Below, piece by piece: positions 1-13,345 of a DNA stretch of 64,000 bases. The DNA is from Azolla caroliniana (lineage: Eukaryota > Plantae > Polypodiophyta). Made by a program: the position numbers and the translations under genes. The notes below the pieces were generated by a model. The model was given only the letters and a program-made list of their open reading frames with translations. It was not told the DNA's origin and searched no databases. The stretch is taken from NCBI GenBank assembly GCA_043228905.1, contig JBHGNT010000005.1, forward strand, positions 4,278,001-4,342,000. Reading direction: 5' to 3'. Positions within the stretch are counted from its first letter, which is position 1. The number at the start of each line of letters is the position of its first letter.

Positions 1-3000
1 AAGTAATTAGAATTCTTATCTCTCATTGTATGCTCTAAAATTCCAATACTTCAATCCATTGCTCGATTGTAAAAATTTGAACCTACAACAGTTTTAAACC
101 TCATTAGATGAACAAAACTTTTAGAATATATGCTTTTCTTTTTGGGATATGATAACGATGTGAAAGTTATTTAACCAACATTGCCATTCCCTTGCAAGGG
201 CTATATCATAGTGAACATATGTCTCGCATTCTAAACTTCTCTCCACACTCCGGATACAATTGATCTATTTTTCGCTTTCAGCATTGTCACATCAAGGCTT
301 AACAAAAACCAAACTTGGGGTAGGTTTTTGGTTCAATTTAAATTTTAAACTTGTGCTTTAGATTCACTTTTATTAAAAGTTGAACCTAAAGCCGTCAATT
401 TACTTTTGAGGGACATTAAAACTATAGATTGAATTGTCTCATTGAAGCATTGATAGTCGGAATTCCATTTCTCAAGGTTTACTCGTGTAAAGTAAATTTT
501 TAGGATTGTGATTAAAATATTTTTCAACTTGATTTTGCATAACATGTTAATTCAACAAAAAGAAGGTTTTTCAAATGTTTTTCTTTCCCATGGACTCAAG
601 GATGTGTTATGAAGAAGCATGCATAGACTAAGTAGAGAAAGGATTGTATTAAGAAATTATACCTAAAGCAATTTTGAGATAGAACTTGAACATACAAGAT
701 ATTAGAGAATATCAATGTGGTAAAGTTTCAGCTCTGCAGTAAGATTATACTGCAAATATGGGAAAATTTTGAAATATTAAATTTCCATCAACTTGATTGT
801 AATCGATTTCCATTTACGATCAGATGTATAGGATTGCATATTATAGTGAAACATGAAATAAATTCGAAAAACTTTTATCTAGATGACGTTAAATGAGGAT
901 CCTGCTGGCAAGCTTTTGAGGCGTCTCTTCCACTTTCTTCGTCATTTCTATCGCTTCTGTGATAGTATTTTGCATTTGCTACATAAGCATATGTTACAAT
1001 ACATAAAAGTGTGTCAAAAGGACACCATCATCTAAAGTATAAAAGATTCTAACATTAGCCTACCTTCATAAATAGACTAACCGAGTCACAAATCTATAAT
1101 TTGTTAAGAATGTATATGATGAAATAGAGATTTGATGGAATACAATTTGCGAAAGTCGACGAAAGCCTAATTTGAGCCGATCGATATGCCATTTTCTTGT
1201 AGGTGATAAACAATAGGGCATCTTCTAGATCATATAAACATCAATAGAAATATGATTTTACCAAAACATTTTACAAGATTTCGTGCTAATGGATGGAAAT
1301 ACCTTTAATTTCCCTCAATTCCATGAGGAAAATGATCATAATAATCACATTAATGCAAGTTACCTCGATTAACAAGTCGAGAGATTTAAACGATGACCTC
1401 GATTGAACTGACAATTTATGGACAACGTGCACAAACTATTTTAAAGGGCCGGCTCTTGTAACATTTTAGTGACTACAACGTGGTCTTGTAATTGAGTATT
1501 ATATTATTGATTCTAAATGTACATCAAAACTTACAATTGTACATTGTGATAAAGCTATAACATTGCTACAACATGTGTACAAATGCTTCAAATAGCAAGC
1601 TCAAAGTTTGCAAACCTTTTCTTCCTTGGTAGAAGTGTGATTCCCCTTCAGTTGAGGTGGAAGTTATGATGAACGTGTTCTGGTAACCACATGGATTACT
1701 TATTTGGTTTTTATAAACTTTGTAATGGAAAATCATGGACGCTAAAACCACTTGCAATTGCTTGCATATCTAGTTGAAGAATAATATTTACATGAAACAC
1801 CTAAAAGTAATCATAAAGAAGTATGCCTTTTATAACTTTACTAAATCAAAGTTTATTCCATTTGATAGTTTGATAAGATTAGTTTTGCTTCAAAAACAAT
1901 GCTTTCTTTTGACATTTTTTCCTTTCTTGTTTACTGGGTGCTATCAGTTGAGGAACTAAGAAAGAGATAGTCACATACATGATATTTCGGGACGTTTTCA
2001 TTACGTTATCTTGCAATCACACTTTGCACTATGCCCCACACCATTGGCGAGCCTTTTGAGACATCCCGTCTATCTTTGTGACAATAATGCACATCATAAC
2101 TTGCCACCATTTTAACCCTTAAGAAACAACAGATCTATTCCTCCACTCGAAACCTTGGATAGTTACAAGTAAAACAAATGCTAAGATATGGAGCCCATCC
2201 CTATTAATCTCCAAAGAGATTAGAAACAAAACCTAAGCAAGAAAGTCATTTATATTTCATGTTGTACAATAAATAAGAGACCATCTTTATTTCAAAAATT
2301 TATGTAGTGTACAACTTAGTGTTACCTTTTTCTTTGTTGTCATTATAAAGTATGCCGAAAGAAGAAAAGTAAACATCGTCTGGATCTTGGAGAAAGTTGT
2401 TACGAGTCTTTAAAGTTTGCATCGAGTGTATGACAATGTTACTTTATGTTGGTTCTTGTGCTCATGGGTATTCGGCATTGTTAGCTCACATTAGCCCACA
2501 GGGAAAACATGATGATGTGTTTAATTAGTAATTTATGTTTAATGTCAATGAGGCCCTATTTAAGTTTATGTTGATAAGACTTACGACGAATCATGGAAAC
2601 ACTTTGTTTCTGAGGCGCTAAACACAATCGGCACGAAAAATGTGTCATCGATGAACACATATGTTAAAAGCAAAATCTAAAATGGTTTGTCTAAAATTGG
2701 AGTAAATAGACCTTATAAGTTGTCACGGTTCATTGATGGATGCAAAACCCATAGGGAATCAATGGCATGGTATTTGACCATTGGGTAAGACCGAGAATTG
2801 TGGTAATTCCCTTGGATGAACCGATGATCTACGCTACCCCATTAATGTTTGTATATGTGCACATGTCTAAGCGTGGGTGCATGCACATCTACAATACTAT
2901 GACTACGCCTCACATCCACAGCTATATCTATTCATGATATGACTATATCAATACGTATAAGTGCCAATCACTAAAGCCATCAGTTCACATCAATCATCCC

Positions 3001-3296
3001 AATATTTTCAATATTTGGGTAAATATAACTTTTCCTCCACTATGTTGATATCAACAAACATTCATGAGTGTGTGATGAAAGACGTCTACATTTCCATCCT
3101 AACTTTTTCCTTGTTTGGTGGCAATACCCAATCATCTTCCATGTACATCGAGAGTTAATCTAAAATGAAAGGTGGCTACATAATTCTGAGTATTGGGATA
3201 TAGCATAAACACCGGATATGTACTTCATTATATGCAAAGAATCCACATCATAATGGTAGATAGTGAATACACATATATGTATAACAGTATATGCAA

Positions 3297-3320
3297 TACA
3301 CACACACACACACACACACA
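3297..3320. repeat. (CA)n microsatellite
   Basis: Direct CA dinucleotide run. Confidence 0.9.
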
Positions 3321-4419
3321 TTGGAATGCCAAGTTTGAATCTTATAAATCAAATAACACAAGGTAGGAGGCAACTCCCTTCATTCAATTTTTTGTTTCAT
3401 TGTGGAAATGTAGGTTTGAGAGGATATATTTAGTTTATTGAGACCATTCTAAGGTATTAAAGGAAGAGATAAGCGTCATACTTGAAATGTGAGTAAAAGG
3501 ATGCACTTTCTGTCCAATTCCAACAGTTTAGAAGTCATTGTTTTCCTTTTCAATCTTTATGCGATACCTTTTGGTTATTGTGAAAGCACATGTCGAAATC
3601 ATGGGGAGGACCACACATTATGTGGAAGGCTTCTATTGAAGCAATCCTCTTTGCATTATAAAATGGTCGCGCTAAATTTCATCGTGCTTGTATATTTTAA
3701 ACCCATTCATATGCACTTTGTACCCACTCTATTTATATATTGATGCTTCCGATCTTAAGGAAATTTTACTTGGCACCAATAAAAAGGTAATCATTCTCCT
3801 AGTCATTATGCAAAATGTCAATCATTTCCTAGAGTGGCCTTTGAAATATCCAACCTATAAAATAGCTCTTTGCGCCATTTTACTAAAGGCTATTCTAAAC
3901 CATGTAGTTTTATTTTACTGTGCATATTTGCATATGTACACCATGCATGTATGAGAAGGCATAGAAGAAGCTCCAAGTAATTTGCATGGAGTAGATTGTT
4001 TGTCAACATGTCGTGGTTGTAGCCTAATCTGCACCATATAGTTTCATTTTAGCATATGTTTGCAATGTATGCATACACCTTAGATGAGGTTGAAAGTAGG
4101 ATATGTGAACTACATTGTTTCTCAATTCATGTGAATATAACAACAAGTTGGGGATTTTTGTTTGACCTATTGCTACACATATTCTTTATGCTATTATCAC
4201 TCATAAATAATACTTAACGACATTTTGTGCTACTAGAAGTATATCCTATCATGAAGTATACTTGTATACTATTCGAGTATGTATCATTGCACCCATAGGC
4301 AGGTTATCGACACGACTAACATTCATTGGCTACTCAAAGTTACAAACTATTAAGAAACTAGCATGGCAACACAATGTTTCATTAAAGTTATCCACAGAGA
4401 AACGTGCTTACCAATACAC

Positions 4420-5100
4420 AAAAGGCGACATGTTGCATCATCAAATGCATGGTGTGTGATCAAACATGTGTGAACGCAACACGCTACCCTTATGAAATTC
4501 TTAGAATATGCAACAATTGTGTGTTGTATCACATGATAGATTACGTGCCTAAATATAATTCATTGGTTACTCGAGGAATGATCAATGCGGAAATTGTCAT
4601 GTAGCATAACATTTGGGACAATAGATACCCTAAGCGAGCCATCACAAAAACAACATGTTGCATTGTTAGAAGCATATCTTTGAGAAGACATTTGTGCAAG
4701 AAACAAGTTATACCATATGATAGGCCACTTGCCTAAGTATAATTAATCGGTTATTTTAGGAACGATCAATGCAAAAATTGGCATCTAGCATAACATTTGG
4801 CATTATAAATACTCTAGAAGAACCATGCTCACCCATGAACACAAAGATGACATGTTGCATCGTTTGAAGCTTATCTTTGAGAAGATGTACGTGCAAGAAA
4901 CAAATATACTTCTTGAATGAAATTGTTAAGGATATAAATGTGTGCACATAGCATATGATTGTCTCAAATATCAATTCTTGGTTACTCGTGGTTCATTTTT
5001 TTGTCATGGGATATGGGTTTCCTTTAGAATTCTCGTACAGGAGCCATGCTTGCCTATTCACTAAAGGTGGCATGTTGTATCATCACAAGCATCTCAAGTT
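4420..5100. repeat. Degenerate ~200-225 bp tandem repeat, about 4 copies
   Basis: The core (G/A)CATGTTGCATC..GAAGC.TATCTTTGAGAAGA..GTGCAAGAAACAA recurs near 4427, 4651, 4849 and 5069. Confidence 0.65.
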
Positions 5101-5134
5101 AGGTTACATGCACACAAGTAACATGTTGGCTTTT

Positions 5135-5166
5135 GATATATATATATATATATAGAAATATAAATA

Positions 5167-5209
<43 letters not shown>

Positions 5210-5232
5210 ATATATATATATATATATATATA
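5135..5232. repeat. (TA)n/(TAAA)n compound microsatellite
   Basis: Direct reading. Confidence 0.9.
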
Positions 5233-8170
5233 TCGATTAGCAACCAATTATGTGCTCAAACCAAATAACATTTATTGATTACTTGAGGTAAAAACCATAA
5301 CGATAAATTTTAACACAATGTTCTATCAAACCTAACTTAAGAAAAAAATGCTCATGAATATAGTGAGGGTGACATAATTGCATCTAGCCTCAGCACACTA
5401 ATTATGCAAAGAACAATTTAGATTTTGTCAACTCTTGTGTATATATATTAACACACATATTGTGGTTATTTGTACCATATCGTTTAGTGTTTACTTGCAC
5501 TTAGTTAAAATTTGGAATTTGGCACAATGTTTGATAAGTTCTACTATACTTGATTAACCACTCTCACCTATTTACTAGAAATGCCCCATATGAGGTAAAT
5601 ATTTCTACACATGATTAATTGCATTAGACTAGAAATCTACCAAGTAATCATGACATTGGCTTGTATGACAACATTAGAGGACATGGATCTGGTGGGAGTT
5701 GTTGCCATAAATGATTGGATCACCTTTTGCCATATTATTTTTCTTTAGGTTTGTATGCTCCTTTTAGTGTTTTAGAATTTAGAAGTTTTTTATCGTCCAT
5801 AAAGAGGCCAATTTTGACATATAGAACCAAATTATACATGTGTTCTTGATATTGTCCCCTTTCCTAAAAAGGGGTATTCATACATTGAATCACAAAGTCT
5901 CTATGCATGAATAAGGCATACACATATGAGCTCAACCTTAGTATATTACTTGAGAAATGTAAATATATAGAAAACAGAAGGATACATTTCATCTCACCTC
6001 TATTGTAATACAAAAGCTAATACCAACTTCTGATCAAACAAATGATATCATATAAGAACCAAATGGTGCACAATCTACAAGCTATGCAATAAAAAAGAAG
6101 GTATGGCAGTTTCTTAAAGTCCACTTGACGTTGCCTTTGAGCATTAGTCAAACCCTGCAGATCATCATATTGCCCACGTATGGTATGGACATATGAGATC
6201 AACCTTCTAGGTGGTGTCTATCATATGGCTTTCACAATGACTTCTATCATATGCAAGAGGTATTTTGGAGTTCCTCTCCACTTTTGAGTCTCTCCTCGTT
6301 GTTCTTGAGGTTGGGTAGGCATCATATGATTTCACGCTCTTCTTTGGGTTCCTTGCATTCTCTGACCTTATTACCAATTAAAATCCTTTCATTGGTTTAC
6401 ATAATCCCAAAGCCTCTCGCTCAATCTTTTCTCAAACTAGCATTATGTCATGGTTTCTAACCACTTTTATTCTCCTAATCATTTAGTAGAAACTCTTGAG
6501 TTTGTTCTAACTTTTGTTACAACTCCTCTATTTGCAATGACATTTGAACCTAAATAGAATCCCAAGTCTTCACATTTGTATGGAACTCTTCTTTGTGCAT
6601 TGTTTGCAAATATACAATAGTGTCAAAGGAAACCCCTTGGGCCCTAAGATGAAAGGAATAAACGATTGCCAAGTGAGGTGGGAACACAAGGGAACATAAG
6701 AGGAAGTGACACGTGAGAGTTTCTTTATGCACCTATACATAGTACTCGAACGGGGTGGGGGACATGGGAGCATGGCCTCAAATGGAACTTGCTCTCAGGT
6801 TTTCATGTTGTACTGCAATAGAAAAACAACCCAACCATAGTATTGAATCTTGATTAACGGCCACCTTTGACTAAAGGCTTGAACTTATTAGTTATTTTTG
6901 GGGAAGCACTATGAATAACTCCACTAAGAGGACTAACAATGCATAAAGACTTGATGTATGTCCATTACCCACTTCAATGTAGAGAAGATAGGTGTCATGA
7001 TCATCATTTCCTTTATATGGGTAAGTGGACAACCGACTTTTGCTAAAGTTGCCCAAAAGGAATTTCACACCTTAGACTTCCATTGTCATTTTCAATTCCT
7101 TCCCTACTTCCTTTTCCTTGCACCATACGATATTGTTGCATGTGGTGACCCTTTGCATGAGATTTATTTGCAAGATTATATGACCTAATCTTTCCTCCTA
7201 TGGTGGGAATTTGGTATTTGATATATTTTCTTGGTAATGACATTCACCACCCTATGTTCCTCCTTTTGTTGTGATGAACTCACCTCAACCAATTGCTTAA
7301 CTATTTTTAGTATGTATGTACGTATGTACATTGTATATATATATATATATATTCTCTTTCTAGTTGGAGTTCCATTGGTTGGTAATGACCATTGTCATGA
7401 ACATGTATATAAAATACCAATTTTCACAAAAAAAGGAAAGCTGGCAATCATGAACATTTATACATATACCTTTTAGAGTTCATGATGGCTCTTTCAAGGG
7501 AAAGTTGGCAATCATAAGCATGTAGCAAGGGCTAATGTAATTTTTGGTCGTGGTTTAGTGATTACCCACACGTTGATTCAACCCCCAACCAAATACCATA
7601 CTGTGACACATGGTCCTTGCGTCACGCCACTCTTTTGTTTTTTCATAAAAAATATCCTCCATTGGTATTAAAATTAAAGGAAACAATATACATATATTGT
7701 CTTGCATTTATTCAAAACTAATACAACACCTCCTCGGCATATCCATAGTCTTTATAGCCTCTTTTGAGTGCATTCCATGAGACGATATTTGAAACCATAA
7801 TTGTGCTAAATGTTTTTTGCGCAGTTTCTACGTTTCGAGCATATCTCAAAATTAAACTAGACCATTCAAAAAGACTTCAAGCATATCTTGCTTGTTTTTT
7901 GGCAAAGAATTGTTAAGCTTCAAGCATACTTCTCAATAAGGGCACTTGTTTCTGCGACCTCCATGTTTTGCGAGGACATTTGAACATGGAAGTTGTTCCC
8001 TTTCTGTATATCTCCCATGTTGCCAAAAGCTTTCAACATACCAGAAAATGTCATCATATTAGGTAAGAGGCATTGCGTCACGCCACTCTTTTTTTTTCCA
8101 AATAGAAGATACACCTTGGTATTATAAAATCATTAGCAATACAAAAGTTGATGGTTTGTTCGGTGAGAAC

Positions 8171-8960
8171 TAGGGATCGGCAATGGTTCAGTTTAGGCTT
8201 AGCCGGTTTGGCTTGAACTGTTTACGGGATCTCAAACTTGAACCGAACCGGTTCACAAACCGGTTTAGGCTAAACCGTTTTGTGAACCGTTTTGGTAAAC
8301 GGTTTGGAAACCTCCCTCCCTCCCTCTCTCTCGTATGATCCATTATATACTATATACTATATAGTATACATTGTACAAGCTCTCCCACTCTCTCTCTCAC
8401 GTCTGTGGTCTCCATTCTCTCCCTCTCTCTCTCTCTCCCCTCTGTGTAGTCTCTTTCTCTCTCCTTATTTGTTGTCTCCCTCCCTCCCTCACTCTCTCTC
8501 TCTCTCTCCCATCCCACTCTCTCTCTCATGTTTGTGGCCTCGACTCTCTCTCTCTCTCCCCTCTGTGTAGTCTCTTTCTCTCTCCTTATTTGTTGTCTCC
8601 CTCCCTCCCTCACTCTCTCTCTCTCTCCCATCCCACTCTCTCTCTCATGTCTGTGGCCTCGACTCTCTCCCTCTCCCTCTCCCTCCCTCTCTCTCTCTCT
8701 CTCTCTCCCCTCTGTGTAGTCTCTTTCTCTCTCCTTATTTGTTGTCTCCCACACTCACTCACTCACTCACTCACTCTCACTCTCTCTCCTCATCTGTGTA
8801 GTTCCCCCTCTCTCACTCTCTCTATCTCTCCCATCCCACTCTCTCTCTCATGTTTGTGGCCTCGACTCTCTCTCTCCCCCCCCCTCTGTGTAGTCTCTTT
8901 CTCTCTCCTTATTTGTTGTTTCCCTCCCTCACTCACTCACACACACTCTCTCTCTCTCTC

Positions 8961-9004
<44 letters not shown>

Positions 9005-9282
9005 TATCTGCTGTCTCCCTCCCTCCCTCCCTCCCTCCCTCTCTCTCTCTCCTCATCTGTGTAGTTCTCCCTCACTCACTCACTCTCTGTGTAGTTCTCC
9101 CTCCCTCCCTCACTCTCTCTCCCCCTCTCTCTAAAGTTTATAAACGGCTTAGCCGACTTGAGCCGGTTTGGCGAGGCTCGAGCCGAGATCAAACCGTTAA
9201 GGCAAGTTCAAGCCTAAACCGAGCCGAGCCGCTTTAAGCCAGCTAAGCTAAACGGTTTAGGCTTGAGCCGAGCCGATCCCTA
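8171..9282. mobile_element. Non-autonomous hAT-superfamily DNA transposon (1112 bp) carrying an internal CT-rich minisatellite
   Basis: 11-bp TIRs TAGGGATCGGC...GCCGATCCCTA (Ac-like TAGGG start). Exact 8-bp TSD GTGAGAAC at 8163-8170 and 9283-9290. Subterminal AACCG/AGCCG/AAACGG motifs at both ends. No transposase ORF. Confidence 0.9.
8381..9132. repeat. CT-rich ~120-130 bp minisatellite inside the hAT element
   Basis: The unit CCCACTCTCTCTCATGT.TGTGGCCTCGACTC...CCCTCTGTGTAGTCTCTTTCTCTCTCCTTATTTGTTG repeats about 4 times and then decays into CT runs. Confidence 0.9.
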
Positions 9283-9290
9283 GTGAGAAC

Positions 9291-9508
9291 AACAACACCA
9301 CCAAAACAAAGCTAATGCCAACCATAAATCCATCCATCCATTCATGAGGAGAGAAGGACCTAAAAACATTTTTAATTCTGCTTTTGCTTCAAACACGATG
9401 GTTGGTTCGGTCAGAACAACAACACCACCAAAACAAAGCTAATGCCAACGATAAATCCACCCATCCATTCATGAGAGAAGGACCTAAAAACATTTCCTAT
9501 TCTGATTT
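9291..9508. repeat. Tandem duplication of the hAT target region (~130 bp unit)
   Basis: AACAACACCACCAAAACAAAGCTAATGCCAAC.ATAAATCCA.CCATCCATTCATGAG..AGAAGGACCTAAAAACATTT occurs at 9291 and ~9418. Confidence 0.85.
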
Positions 9509-10035
9509 TGAGTCACGCCACTCTTACATTACCCTCTCCCAGACTCTCTTTATAGGGGCACAAATCAAATATGGACCTCTAGTAATGGGATGCCTCTTAT
9601 GCTTAAACACACTTTTTGTGTATCTCAACAAAAAATACTTGACACAAAAAAACTTGTTTTGTTGAATACACCAGAGCTCATAGTTGTGTCACGATATCAA
9701 TGTAGAGTTCATGCCCTTACAACTTGTGGCTTAGCCTAACTTGGGAATTTCTAGCCTATTGTAATTTGTGACATGCCTTTGGCCCTTAATTCTTCCCTTG
9801 GATATTCTTTTTTCTTCCCATAAAAATATCCTCCATCGGTATTGTGAACACATGCACACAACAGTATTAACATAAAGTGGCCAAAGGCAATATACAAAAC
9901 AATTCAGTATTACAAAGAAAATTGCAACATAATTAACTAGAAAACTATTGAACACTCGTGCAGCTTTAATAGTTTCAACAACACTGGGTTCAAGAATTTT
10001 GGCCTTTATCACCGGAGTCTCTACCACATATATTG

Positions 10036-10213
10036 CTCAGCATTCCTTCATCCAATTTCTGGTGGGCATATCCTGAAATAAATGTGGTTCAACATGCGAG
10101 ATCACGGATGGTGAGCTCGCCAAATACTTCATTGGCTTTCTCCACTTCACCACATTTTCCATACATGTCCATCAAAGCAGTGCTAATCACAACATCTTCT
10201 TCCAAGCACCTTT
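10036..10213 (-). pseudogene. PLS-class pentatricopeptide repeat (PPR) gene fragment
   Basis: The minus strand translates as RCLEEDVVISTALMDMYGKCGEVEKANEVFGELTIRDLAC*TTFISGYAHQKLDEG, the classic S/P motif junction (ALVDMYAKCG...VF..L..RDVVSW..LI.GYA). The conserved Trp is a TGA at 10091-10089. No flanking ORF. Confidence 0.8.
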
Positions 10214-13200
10214 GATAGGGTAATTTCCAAGATCTAGTTTTCCTTGATGATGTGGAGACCCACTGACCTCATTAATTCACATGACTTGGCTTTAAGATGA
10301 GGACCCTTGATTGGTGTGTGGATAATCGTTGATTTTCTTCCAATGTTTCTCCTTCCAAGTGTGTGCATTAACTTCCATGTGTCCTTTCCTTTACCTCCTT
10401 GACTCCACACCATATTATGCGTTTGTTCCTTCATTGGTCCCTTAAGAGGTTTTCCTAGTGTTGCTAAACCCTTTGATATATATATATCACTTTAGACAAA
10501 TTAGTGGAGGCAACTTGGTGAGTTTTATATGTATTGATTTGCCGAGCTTTTGTTTTCTCCTACAATAATACAACTAGAACCATGAAAAAGATTGTCTTCT
10601 ATATTTGCATCACTTTAGGCACCTTGCCTTTCATGGATGATTTTAGGTTCCCTCAAAATGTTGGAATCTTGGCGTTTGAATATTCTTTTCTTTTTTTCCA
10701 AAAAAGAATATCCTTCCATTAGATAAGAAAACCAAATTTGCTACAACATACAAAGTATGTGGAGAGAAAGCCAAGATACTTCCTAAACCCCTCTTGTAAA
10801 ATCAATGGGCAACCATAGATCCTTCCCTAAAGAGGCTAAGGAGATGGATCTATATACATCCCAACTTACAACAGAGAACAACCAACAAAGGGGGGGGAAA
10901 CTGCTAGATCATCTTACAATCTACTCATCGAAAAACTAGAATACAACTTCAAAGCTTCTGAAAAGAAATTTTTAATAACAATGTAGAATCCATATGTGTA
11001 GCAATACTATCATATTTGTCTTTTATCCAAATCAGAGAAATGCCCATGCTTTTTATTTGTTCAAATGAATATTCTTGTAAACATATTCTCCAAAAAGTGA
11101 GTTCATGGCTAATGTGGTTTTTGAATTGACTTCTCAGATCATGTGCGTGGCCATCAAATATGTCACCAATTGTGTGCCATCGAATACCCCCATCATGTAT
11201 GCGGCCCATTTTATTTAACTCTAAACCGTACTAGAAGAAAGGGTTAGGCAAAAACATGAGAATTTTTGAGATTGTGAATGTAATTTTTAGGAATGGTGCA
11301 ATTTTGAAACTTGGTCAATATGTTAAGGGCCTTAGTTTAAATATAGTACAAAGACCATTTGAAAGGGCGTAGAGTTAGATTTAGTGATTCTACTAAAATC
11401 TAGGCCATGTAAGTATCTTTGATTATCTAAACTTGTGAGAAAGAATTGTTGAGGGTTAGGTGTTATCTCGAAGCTCCAAAAGTGGAAAGTGATAAGGATC
11501 TCGTATGGTGCATGAGAGGATTCAAAAGTCCTAGGACCAAGCTTGATGACCCTATTATATATATGTCGCAAGTTGGTGAAATGATGCATAGCTTGAATTT
11601 TTGAGAAAGGCTAACAACTCTTGCATACTCTTTAAGAATCTTGAGGATATGAAAAAGACCATACAAGGTTTAGTGCTTTAAAGAATTTATCAGTCCACAT
11701 GAACATGTCTTGTGATTCACCTAGAATTTAGAGTCATACAAAAAACTTTCATCGTTTGGGATTGATGTCGATTGTCCAATAAAGGACATATAAAACTCGA
11801 AAAGAAGATGTTGGTAACATGGGAGAATTGGTGGACATACTGAAATGTAATTAGATGTTGAGATGGATCTTAATTAAATGAAGGATCCAGGGCTAGCCAT
11901 TGGGATAGTCATTTCTTTTCCATCTATTTTGTAGTTTGTAGCTGATATGTTTTTTGAAAACTATTGGAAGGATATTTTGTTTTGAAAAAAAAAACTCAAA
12001 AAGAATATATAAGTAAATAGGATAACATGTAAACTTAAGTTACAATCTAATGATCGAATTATGAGCCAGGTGAGGATCATTAGAGGACATCCATTTACTT
12101 TTTGAGAGGCCGCAAATGATTGCACATTACCCTAGAGAATAACAACTTGTGTATCAAGCTTGAGGAAGGAAAATATGTAATTGATGCATCACTACCTATT
12201 TTGTTTAGTACCTACCTCTCTGATTCAATTAAGTTTTAATTATGTGTTTGTCTAACTGAGGGATAAACAACATGTCTCTCCACTTCAATTAAGCATTAAT
12301 TATGTTTCTATTTGCTTGATTGATAAGTATGCTTCTTTGCAATTGTGTTTTGGTCATATTGCCATTGAAGTATCAAGTTGAGCTAGATAGCACCTAATGG
12401 CATAGAGAAACCTATATATCTTCTCTTTCCCTTCATGGGGCGTAGCTTCCATGGTGTGTGCTTCTTTGTTTGTATGTGGAGGTGATTGTCATTGTCGTAC
12501 ACCTCCCTAATTGTAACCCATGACTTAATGCATGAAAACCACAATCAAAGGGGAAGTTGACTCATTCCCATTATCACCACCAATTAACACAAACCCTTTA
12601 GTGATTCAATCTAGTTGGAGTTGCAAGTGGCCTAGGGAGAAAACATGGACATTGTCACTTCTCCAATGATTGTACAAACTATTCCATCTTAACCCTAATG
12701 AGCCCAACATGACCAACTAACCTTGATTCTCTAAGAAAACTAAAAAAGGAATCATGAAAATGTGTAATAAGAGTTTCGATTCTAAGAATCTAAACTATTT
12801 TGCATGATGATCGCCCATTTGAATTTTGCATGATGATCCCTGAGGATATATTGTCAAGTTACACAATTTATTTAACAACTTTATCATTTGAAATTTGCAC
12901 GATGATCCCTCATTTTGTTAGTATATTAGTTTCTCTCAAAGGGCGAAAGCAAAGCTATTAGGGATGGTATAAATGATGTAACACTGACATGCATCTTTTC
13001 AATTTTCAACCTACAACAAACCTTGCTCACAAGAAACAAGGGGATGTTTAGGGATTGTTCGGACGATGCTCGGACGAGCAATAAAGCTTCACACCTAACA
13101 TCACTTTATTTGAGAAGAAGGAGAAGTTTAAAGGTGGTCGAGAAGAGGCAAAAACGAGCTCTCACTTTCTATTTTATCTTTGTTAGATCACACTAGGCAA

Positions 13201-13301
13201 AGATTGTTAACTACATTACACCATACATATTTTGTTAATTTATTGATGCATGCATGACCTTCTTTTCTTTGCCATATAACCTTATCAACTAAGACACACT
13301 G

Positions 13302-13303
<2 letters not shown>

Positions 13304-13344
<41 letters not shown>
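13304..13344. repeat. (CA)n microsatellite
   Basis: Direct reading. Confidence 0.9.

Positions 13345-13345
<1 letters not shown>

Noticed and set aside
1-3200. Possible transposase relics
   Set aside because: The sequence looks like decayed coding DNA, but I could not read a diagnostic motif or termini.
8292-9237. Long Ser/Leu or Arg/Glu ORFs (e.g. 8371-9237, 288 aa)
   Set aside because: These are artefacts of the stop-free CT minisatellite inside the hAT element.
10089-10091. Stop in the PPR fragment rescued by RNA editing or readthrough
   Set aside because: The locus is nuclear, TGA-to-TGG is not a C/U edit, and the fragment lacks the rest of a gene.
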